Shown in pieces: positions 48,588 through 56,085 of a stretch of DNA of 56,085 bases (positions within the stretch are counted from its first letter, which is position 1; each line of letters starts with the position of its first letter). Position numbers and translations under genes: made by a program. Location of the stretch: assembly GCA_043778225.1 (NCBI GenBank), contig JAYWGM010000001.1, forward strand, positions 1 to 56,085, in the 5' to 3' direction. The stretch comes from Deinococcales bacterium. Lineage in GTDB: Bacteria > Deinococcota > Deinococci > Deinococcales > JAAFIG01. The notes under the pieces are model-generated. The model was given only the letters and a program-made list of their open reading frames with translations. It made no database searches and had not been told where the DNA came from.

Positions 48588-50168
48588 ATGCGTAGCGACG
48601 ACTTAGCCTTTTCTTGGCGTTCTGTGCCAAAAGCCATGCCGTTTAGCGCGAGGTTGGCTTTTGGCTTTGGCATTTTGACTGGTTTTTTGCACTTACCTTT
48701 TATTTTTGCGTGGCTTAGTGTTTTTCCTTTGGCTGGCTTGTTGTACTTGGTGGCTCGAGAAAACTCGCCAAAGAAATCAGCCAGGGTAGCTTTTTTTGGC
48801 TGGCTTGGCTTTTGGTCAATTCATTTATTTTGGCTGCCACAATCGTTTTCGCAAAGTTTTGGCTGGTTTGTCTGGTTTTTAATGCCACTACTTTGGGTTC
48901 TCGAGGCGGCTTTGAATGCCAGCGTGGCATGGTTAGCCCACCGATTGACCAAAACCAATCTCGGAACACTCTGGGTACTTTCTATGGGAACATTGCTGCT
49001 CGAGTACCTGCGTGCCAATATGGGTCCGTTGTCGTTTCCGTGGGGATTTTTTGGCTATGCCCTGACCGATACACCCTTGGCGCAACTGGCACAATTGGGT
49101 GGGGTTTATTTGCTCAGTTTTGTCTACTTGGGCTTAGCGGCTGGAATTGCCGCTTTGGGGTTTCTCGAGTGGCGTTGGTTGCCCGTGTCTTTGGTGTTGG
49201 TGTTGTTGGGCTTGGTCTTTGGCTTGACTCGTCCTGTGGCTGCCACACCAACTCGAGATGCACTTTTGGTTCAGGGCAACATCGACCCATTTGGGCGCTT
49301 GGCACGTCCGACGGGTAAATCCGACCTCGAGATTTTTAGCGATTTATCAAAAGTCAGCAATCCAAAAACCGTGATTGTTTACCCTGAAGCCGCTTTGCGT
49401 TTAGACCAAATTGCCAATTTATCTGGCTCGAGTTCCACATCGGGTATTGGCTCGAGTTCCACATCGGGTATCGGTACGAGTTCCACATCGGTTAGCGGCT
49501 CGAGTAATGCCCCCAAACTTGGGCGCTTAATTGCTGGTGTGGCAGACTTTCGCCAAGGCTCGAGGCTCAATGCTGTGGCAGCCATCAAAAATGGTACTTT
49601 ACTTGGCACATCCACCAAACAGCATCTTGTGCCTTTTGGTGAATTTTTTCCACTGCGCCGCGAGTTGGGGTTTATTTATAATCCAATTTTTTCTTTATTG
49701 GGCTTAGGGGCTGGTTTTGCTGGAATGGATTTGGTTTACCAAACCCGTACCCTCGAGTTGGATGGCGAACGCTTTGGCACGTATGTCTGCTACGACAGCG
49801 TTTTTCCAGATGTGGCGCGGGCAAGAGTTCTGGATGGCGCTCAGGTCTTGGTCAATGTTTCCAACGATGGTTGGTTTGGGCGCACATGGGGTATTGAACA
49901 GCATTTTATGATGGGTCGAGTTCGTGCCATCGAAACTGGGCGCTATGTTTTGCGAACTGGCAACACGGGTATTACCGCCGTCATTGACCCTTATGGGCGC
50001 GTCTTGCAACGCGCCCCGATACAACAGTCCTTGGCACTCAAAGCCAAATATGCCCTCGAGAATACCCAAACGCTCTATGTCCGTCTTGGCGATTGGGCAG
50101 TTTGGCTGGCACTATTGGCGGCTATTTTTGGTGCGTTAGCTTCACGCCAAGTCACCGATTCTTGGTGA
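48588..50168 (+). CDS. lnt: Apolipoprotein N-acyltransferase
   Basis: 'QGNI', 'YPEAA', 'KQHLVPFGE', 'CYDSVF', 'SNDGWFG', 'RAIE', 'NTGIT'. Confidence 0.93.
   Translation: MRSDDLAFSWRSVPKAMPFSARLAFGFGILTGFLHLPFIFAWLSVFPLAGLLYLVARENSPKKSARVAFFGWLGFWSIHLFWLPQSFSQSFGWFVWFLMPLLWVLEAALNASVAWLAHRLTKTNLGTLWVLSMGTLLLEYLRANMGPLSFPWGFFGYALTDTPLAQLAQLGGVYLLSFVYLGLAAGIAALGFLEWRWLPVSLVLVLLGLVFGLTRPVAATPTRDALLVQGNIDPFGRLARPTGKSDLEIFSDLSKVSNPKTVIVYPEAALRLDQIANLSGSSSTSGIGSSSTSGIGTSSTSVSGSSNAPKLGRLIAGVADFRQGSRLNAVAAIKNGTLLGTSTKQHLVPFGEFFPLRRELGFIYNPIFSLLGLGAGFAGMDLVYQTRTLELDGERFGTYVCYDSVFPDVARARVLDGAQVLVNVSNDGWFGRTWGIEQHFMMGRVRAIETGRYVLRTGNTGITAVIDPYGRVLQRAPIQQSLALKAKYALENTQTLYVRLGDWAVWLALLAAIFGALASRQVTDSW
49425..49505 (+). 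repeat. In-frame 24-bp tandem repeat within lnt
   Basis: GGCTCGAGTTCCACATCGGGTATT, 3 copies plus a partial; encodes GSSSTSGI. Confidence 0.88.
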
Positions 50169-50222
50169 GACGACAAATGACCGCCCATTAACGTTTTTTT
50201 TTGTTAGAATTTTTACAGTACA

Positions 50223-50981
50223 ATGCCGATTGTCATTCCAGACTTGCACGGACGCGCTGACCTTCTCGAGGCGGTGGTCAAGTATTATCCCAAAGAAACC
50301 CAATTTATTTTTTTAGGCGATGCCATAGACCGCGGTCCGGACTCGAGGGGCTGTGTTCGTCAATTGCTTGAGTTATCCGATGCTGGACGAATTATTTTGC
50401 TGCGTGGCAACCACGAAAGTATGCTCTCGACGGCTGCCGAATACGACCGCCTTGCCCAAGAACTTGGCGACGCAACAATGCTCAAAACGGCTCGAGAAGA
50501 GTTTGTTAATTGGCAGCGCAATGGTGGCAATGCCCTTTTTAGGGAATATGGTTTTTTTGGTCCCGGTAATGTCCCCGACGATTTACTCGAGTTTATTCGC
50601 CGTACCCGTTTAGCCTATGAAAGCCCGAATCATTATTTATGTTCTCATGCCGCGCCGCCAGTTTTGCTTGACCGCTATCAGACGGTGGCAGATTCGATGC
50701 TCTGGGCGCGTCCCAACGAAGGTCCTTTTGAACTCGACAAGCATCTTTTGGGCAGTATTCATGGGCATACGCCTTTGGCTGTGCCGACGTGGGTTGAACG
50801 GCACTTGTACATTGACCTAGGTGCAGTTTTTAGCGGCAACTTATGCACTGTCAATCTCGATACCCTCGAGACAATTGTGCTGCGTGGTGCGGGTGGTGTC
50901 GGACGTGAAGCTCTACTCGAGCTTGCCTCGGACGAGGACGGCTTGGTGCGCGAACAGCCTTTTAGAATCGTCGAGGTCTAA
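50223..50981 (+). CDS. PPP-family (PrpA/ApaH-like) metallophosphatase
   Basis: 'DLHG', 'GDAIDRG', 'RGNHE', 'HGHTP', 'IDLGA'. Confidence 0.87.
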   Translation: MPIVIPDLHGRADLLEAVVKYYPKETQFIFLGDAIDRGPDSRGCVRQLLELSDAGRIILLRGNHESMLSTAAEYDRLAQELGDATMLKTAREEFVNWQRNGGNALFREYGFFGPGNVPDDLLEFIRRTRLAYESPNHYLCSHAAPPVLLDRYQTVADSMLWARPNEGPFELDKHLLGSIHGHTPLAVPTWVERHLYIDLGAVFSGNLCTVNLDTLETIVLRGAGGVGREALLELASDEDGLVREQPFRIVEV

Positions 50982-51094
50982 AATGCCTCGAGCCTAAGCA
51001 TTGAATTCTTTACTTTGTCCAAAACTGTTGCAAGATGAACGTTTCCATAGTTTTTCACGCATCTTCTCAGGCAAACTCGCTTAGAATGACCTAG

Positions 51095-54000
51095 ATGCGT
51101 CGTTGGTTTGCTTTTCTAGCTGGGTTCATTATTGTGTTGGGACTGGCGGTCTTTTTGGCGGCGGGTTCACAGCCAGCCTTGCGTTTTGCCTTGGCACAAG
51201 CCAAAGCGGCGGGTTTTGAAGTAGATGCCAAGTCTTTGCGTGGCAATTTATTTTTGGGCTTAGAAGCCACCGATGCCAGCCTTAAAAGTGCGTTTATCAA
51301 TGGTACTGGGGCTTCGGTACGTGCCAAGTACAACCTTTGGAATCTGCTGCAAAAGCGTGAACTGCGACTCGAGGCAGCCGTTTCGGGTGGGCGTTTGAGT
51401 TTTGACCCAACGGGTTTACCGCCAGTTATCGTGGGCGGCGAACCTGCACCAATCAGCGTTTTTTTAGACAAAGCCGAATTAACCGACACCCAAGTTAGGT
51501 TTATCGGTAAAAATTTATTTATCCCCGATGCTAAAATTACCCTACTAAGCCAAACGCCTTTACCAAGTCAAAATGGTCGGATTCGTGGCAATCTACGAGT
51601 CAAGCTCGAGTCCAAAGATGGCGCTGGATTTGCTACGGCGCTTTACGAATTTGGCAAGGATTTTGACGCTAATCTGGTGATTGATGCCGAACTCGATGCC
51701 AAGATAGCCAATTATTGGCTCAAGCCAATTCCCATGGCAATTCAGAGCGGGAAATTGCGCGGCACAGTGCGGGTCACGGGGGCAAACCTGAGCGCCGAGG
51801 CAACTTTACAAAATGGCAGTCTCGAGGTTCTGCCCGGTTTAAGCGCCACGGGTCTAGCTGGGCGAGCTTCGTTCGATGGGCTTGTGGTCAAAGCCAATCT
51901 AACAGGGCAAGGCTTAGGCGGCAGTCTCGAGGCAGATTTTTCTTTGGACACCCGACCAAAACGCGAGCAGTGGGAAGTAACAGGCAAACTCCGCCCACGG
52001 CTCGAGCAAATCATGAAAACCTTTGCCAACGGCACACCCGGTCGTGGGGCGCTGGAAGTGACCGTAACGGGTGGCGGCTGGGAGAAAATTAGATTATCTG
52101 GTACAGCAAAAGGTCTACAGGCACTCGAGGCGGCTGGTTTTCCGATAGAAAATTTCCAAGCCACATGGCAATTGACCGACCGCCTGACCGCCCAAGCCAC
52201 CGCCTTCACTCGAGTTGGCGCAGACAGACTCAAAGCCGTAGCTGACCTAAAAACCATTGGTCAGCGCGTGCTGATAGAGGCGGCTCTGACTGGCAATTTC
52301 CTAAATGCGCCGCTTGCCTTAAATGGTTTAATAGAAGCCCTCGGCGATAAAGTCAGCATTGAAGCATCTGGTACAGGTTTAGGCGGCGCGGTCAATGCCA
52401 AAATCGGCTTAAAAGGCGAGAAAATTTCGGGCAGTGGCAAATTGACCAAAGTCCAACTGCCGCTTCCTTCTCCTGTTACCTCGAGTCTGGACACCAGTGC
52501 TAACATTTCTGGGACGGTCAATAACTTTGCAATTACAGGCTACCTCAGTCCAGCCCAAATCAAGATTCCAGCCGTCAGCCTGACCGATATTTCTGGGGCA
52601 TACAAACTGAGGTTTAATGGTCAAGCCCTAACGCTCGAGGCAAACCTCGCCGATGGGGCAGTGGTTGCCAGTGGCGCACTGGTCAACACCGATGGTAAAC
52701 CGGCTCGAGGGCAAGTCAGTCTGCGCGGTGTTGGCTTTACGCCCGGCGGAAAAGCCGATTATCAAGCCCAATATGTGATCAATAGCGCAGGGGTCGCCTT
52801 GTCGGGGGTGGCTCGAGCCTACGACCTCAATTTTGCCGAAGCGCGTTTAGACAACCTCTCTGGGGTGCTGAGCCTTTCTATTGGGCAGCAGTTGCGTGGA
52901 CGTTGGAATGCCAATTATTTGCTGGCAACCTTGACCGAAAAATCCTTAAACCTTCGTCCTCGAGCTTGGCGGGTGCAGGCGGCGGGCGAAACGGCTTTTG
53001 TGGCGGGCGACATGACCCTGAGTTATGCTGGGCTAAAAACCACGGGGAAACTCGAGGGCAAAACCCGCTTTGGTACGATTACAGCGCTTGGGGCTGGCTC
53101 AGAAATCACTTTGTCGGGCAATGCAGGCTACAGTGGCTTACGGGCAGCCTTAAAAGGTTCGTTGCGCCTTGAGCCATTTGCTTTGCGCTTGGTGGCTGTG
53201 CCACAAAATAAGAATCTGGGTGGCAGAATTTTACTCGAGGCAAGCAAAGATTTTCGGGTCAGCGGCAATCTGGTCAGCAACGGTCAGAACTTAGAAATCG
53301 GCTACGGTAATTTAGGTTTAACTGCCCAAGGAAAACTGGATTTAACTGCTCTTGCGCCGCTTTTGCCGCGTGGCTCGCAGAATTTAATTGCGGGTCTGGC
53401 GGATTTTAAGCTCAAGAACTCGAGCGGCACAGCCCAAATAGATGGCACAGTGGCTGGAATTCCAATTGTGGCACAGCTTCGTTCTAACAACTTGCGCTTG
53501 ATTGCCCAAGCGACCGTCAGCACAGGGCAATTTGCAGGCGCAAAATTATCGGGCGATGTTTTTCCGGGTTTGAATGCCCGTCTGGTCTATGGCGGCATCA
53601 CGGCACGGGTTTCTGGAGCATACGACAACATTTTGATGGCTGGGGCTGGAAAAATACCAGACAGGCTGCTCGCGGGGACAGGTCTATCCCTAGCCAATAA
53701 TAATTTTAAGCTGACCGGTCGGATTCAAAATGGGCAAATAACCGCTTCTGGCAACCTTGGTGGTTTACAAATCCAGAATGCCAGACTCGAGAATGGACTG
53801 GTTCGAGCGGGGTTTTCTGGGGATTTAACAGGGGCATATCAAAACGCGCCTCTGCGCTTACAAAACCTTCAAGGTCAACTCGAGCAAACACCAACTGGTT
53901 TGGTGCTTTCGACTCGCGCTACAAATGCCACTGGGGTATTTTCGGGCAATTCAATCCGCGCCAGTGGGCTACAAGCCAAGCTCGAGCAAAAAAATGGCGC

Positions 54001-56085
54001 AAATAACCTGAGCTTAACCGCCTCGAGTGCAGTCGTCAAAACACCACTTGGTGTGTTGCTGGCTTCGGGTCTCAAAGCGGTCGGCGACCAAAAACAGCTT
54101 GCGGTCTCAGCCGCTTGGCTCGAGGCAACTGGATTTGAAGCCAAAGCACGACTCGAGCGCATTCTAGGGAATATCAGTCTAGGAAAAGTGCTTGGATTTG
54201 CGGTTAATTTTAAGGCAGGCAATCTAAATCACCCACAAGTCACAGCCAATTTAGGCGCAGGGCAGGTCTCGGGCAAATTACAAGGTCAAAGCCTCGAGAC
54301 CGTCTTTGACTTGCCCAAAATAACTGCCAGCAGCCGTGGCGAAAGCGCTAATCTGGCTGCCCAAGGCAATTTGGCAATCAATCTCGAGCAGCCGTTGCAA
54401 GACTGGCGCGGTTGGCTGAGCGCCAAAGCCATTGGGCAAGACTGGCGCTTAGGGGCAACTGGCAATTGGCAAAATCTGCGTTTAAGTGGCAATTTGCCAA
54501 GCCGTCTCTCGAGTCTGGCTGGGGTGGGGTTGCCTTTCAAAAGTAATCTGGCAGTGAGCGGCACACTTGGACTGCCCGATTTACGTTATAGCCTTGGTGT
54601 TATCTCAAAGCTGCCCAACCAACAGCATCCGCTTCAAATCAATCTCAGCCTCAAAGGACAAAGCCGCCAGCTTAACGCCCGACTCGAGGCAAAAAGTCTA
54701 AATGGGACAGGAAAAATCAGCTATACCTCGAGCGGCACAGCTTTGGCAGAATTCAAGAATCTAGACCTGACTAGCCTTACGGCTACCCAAACAACCATTT
54801 CGGGTCAGCTTGGTCTGGATGGACTGGCGCTGCGTGGCAAACTCAACGGACAAGTGGCTGGGCTGCCAGTAACCGCGACTTGGCTCGAGAATGGTGCTTT
54901 TTCGGGGACAGTTGGCGGTTCGTTGCCCATCAAGCTCAGTGCCGACAAATGGCGTTTTCCACTGGATACCATTCTGGCGCTCGAGACCGAGCCTTCCCAA
55001 TTGCCGCTTCGTGGTACAGCTCGTTTTAATCTTGGGGCATTGCGCGGACAAGGACAACTCGAATTACTCGAGTACAGCCAAAATCTTGGCGGCGGCAACG
55101 TGGCAATCCAGCCACAAGTCATGCCGTTTCAGGTCTCACTGAACAATGGCTTGCGCTTGCGGCTCGAGAATGCTGCTGGGGCATTGCGTTTGGATAAGAC
55201 TTGGAGCGGCTCGCTTGGTTTGGCATACCGCGCTTTTGAGCAAAATGGTGTGGCGACGGCTCGAGTTTCTGGGGCATTGGACAAGCCCAACCTCATCCTT
55301 GAGACCACTGGACTTTTGCAACTGCGTGGGTCTGGCAACCTCGAGAATGCCAGTCTGAACGGGCGTTTGGCGTTGCAGCCGCTTTTGGGTATGCTGCCCA
55401 AAGAATTACAAACAGGACTGGTGGCTGGTACAGCACAACTCGAGGCAACTTGGAAAAATGACACACTGACATTCAAGACCAAGCTCGAGAATACCCAATT
55501 CGAGCGCCAAGCAGTGCGACTAGATTTGTCTGGAAGGTTCAAAAACAGCACTTGGAGCGCCAAAGGCGAGGTCGCGGTTGGCACCAGTCGCTCGAGTTTC
55601 GAGGCTTCCGAGGCTGGGATTAAAGCGCCAAAAATCGATTTGGATTTGCGTTTGGCGCGTTTTTTTGGCTTAGATTTGAGCGGACAAGTCAGTGGGCGAC
55701 TCGAGTTGCCAAAATATCAGCTCGCGAACCTCGAGGCAGACTTAAAAGTGCGCCAAGTGCGTGGCTTTGGCGTGTCTGCCGATGGATTTTTAGAAGCCAG
55801 CCAAGGAAGAATCAACACCAATCTGCGCGGTCAGACACCGCTTGACCTCGAGTACAGCCTGACTGGGGTGTTGTACCCAAACCTCAATCTGGCAGTGCAA
55901 CTCGGGCAACTCGAGGGGCGGGTTTTGGGCAATCGCCTTGAGTCGCCCAGCCGCCAAATAAGTCTGGACTTAGCCGGTCTGTACCTTAACAAAAGCACCA
56001 GCCTTAGAGCCGAAATAGTGGGCGATCAAATTCGGGCTAATGCCACTTGGGATGCCGCTAAACTCGAGGCAACTGGCGAAATCTC
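51095..56085 (+). CDS. Very large TamB/AsmA-like envelope protein (partial, runs off the window)
   Basis: ATG 7 nt after TAGAAT; N-terminal anchor MRRWFAFLAGFIIVLGLAVFL, then Gly/Leu-rich beta-strand repeats. Absent from the ORF track, consistent with no stop before the window end (>1660 codons). Confidence 0.72.
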   Translation, partial: MRRWFAFLAGFIIVLGLAVFLAAGSQPALRFALAQAKAAGFEVDAKSLRGNLFLGLEATDASLKSAFINGTGASVRAKYNLWNLLQKRELRLEAAVSGGRLSFDPTGLPPVIVGGEPAPISVFLDKAELTDTQVRFIGKNLFIPDAKITLLSQTPLPSQNGRIRGNLRVKLESKDGAGFATALYEFGKDFDANLVIDAELDAKIANYWLKPIPMAIQSGKLRGTVRVTGANLSAEATLQNGSLEVLPGLSATGLAGRASFDGLVVKANLTGQGLGGSLEADFSLDTRPKREQWEVTGKLRPRLEQIMKTFANGTPGRGALEVTVTGGGWEKIRLSGTAKGLQALEAAGFPIENFQATWQLTDRLTAQATAFTRVGADRLKAVADLKTIGQRVLIEAALTGNFLNAPLALNGLIEALGDKVSIEASGTGLGGAVNAKIGLKGEKISGSGKLTKVQLPLPSPVTSSLDTSANISGTVNNFAITGYLSPAQIKIPAVSLTDISGAYKLRFNGQALTLEANLADGAVVASGALVNTDGKPARGQVSLRGVGFTPGGKADYQAQYVINSAGVALSGVARAYDLNFAEARLDNLSGVLSLSIGQQLRGRWNANYLLATLTEKSLNLRPRAWRVQAAGETAFVAGDMTLSYAGLKTTGKLEGKTRFGTITALGAGSEITLSGNAGYSGLRAALKGSLRLEPFALRLVAVPQNKNLGGRILLEASKDFRVSGNLVSNGQNLEIGYGNLGLTAQGKLDLTALAPLLPRGSQNLIAGLADFKLKNSSGTAQIDGTVAGIPIVAQLRSNNLRLIAQATVSTGQFAGAKLSGDVFPGLNARLVYGGITARVSGAYDNILMAGAGKIPDRLLAGTGLSLANNNFKLTGRIQNGQITASGNLGGLQIQNARLENGLVRAGFSGDLTGAYQNAPLRLQNLQGQLEQTPTGLVLSTRATNATGVFSGNSIRASGLQAKLEQKNGANNLSLTASSAVVKTPLGVLLASGLKAVGDQKQLAVSAAWLEATGFEAKARLERILGNISLGKVLGFAVNFKAGNLNHPQVTANLGAGQVSGKLQGQSLETVFDLPKITASSRGESANLAAQGNLAINLEQPLQDWRGWLSAKAIGQDWRLGATGNWQNLRLSGNLPSRLSSLAGVGLPFKSNLAVSGTLGLPDLRYSLGVISKLPNQQHPLQINLSLKGQSRQLNARLEAKSLNGTGKISYTSSGTALAEFKNLDLTSLTATQTTISGQLGLDGLALRGKLNGQVAGLPVTATWLENGAFSGTVGGSLPIKLSADKWRFPLDTILALETEPSQLPLRGTARFNLGALRGQGQLELLEYSQNLGGGNVAIQPQVMPFQVSLNNGLRLRLENAAGALRLDKTWSGSLGLAYRAFEQNGVATARVSGALDKPNLILETTGLLQLRGSGNLENASLNGRLALQPLLGMLPKELQTGLVAGTAQLEATWKNDTLTFKTKLENTQFERQAVRLDLSGRFKNSTWSAKGEVAVGTSRSSFEASEAGIKAPKIDLDLRLARFFGLDLSGQVSGRLELPKYQLANLEADLKVRQVRGFGVSADGFLEASQGRINTNLRGQTPLDLEYSLTGVLYPNLNLAVQLGQLEGRVLGNRLESPSRQISLDLAGLYLNKSTSLRAEIVGDQIRANATWDAAKLEATGEI

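Noticed and set aside
51091..55584. Numerous short ORF-track entries, mostly antisense
   Set aside because: Shadow frames of the single long TamB-like ORF. The same applies to short ORFs overlapping other confident genes.

Overview
Bacterial chromosomal segment (~50% GC), most likely Deinococcota. This is inferred from protein families, a giant TamB-like ORF and many TANNNT-6/7 nt-start leaderless genes. It is mostly housekeeping: proS, gatA, carB, corA, cdd, rpsO, lnt, a peptide ABC importer, a heterodimeric ABC exporter and tRNA-fMet, -Lys and -Glu. There are two small accessory patches: 18.1-19.4 kb (broken DUF4258-type TA pair, HtrC/YjaZ homologue, convergent putative ncRNA) and 33.5-37.9 kb (MazF-Xre TA pair, Type IIG-like R-M enzyme). 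The most interesting signals are: (1) an HtrC/YjaZ-like gene facing a promoter-to-terminator ~140-nt structured RNA, mirroring E. coli htrC/SroH; (2) CTCGAG at ~370 copies by hand count versus ~14 expected, a HIP1-like palindrome; (3) a ~36-bp hairpin element with compensatory stem changes that is nested inside itself, inside other palindromes and beside octamer tracts; (4) a Pro-codon leader-peptide attenuator upstream of proS; (5) a PPS-containing uORF upstream of a CNNM/CorB gene.
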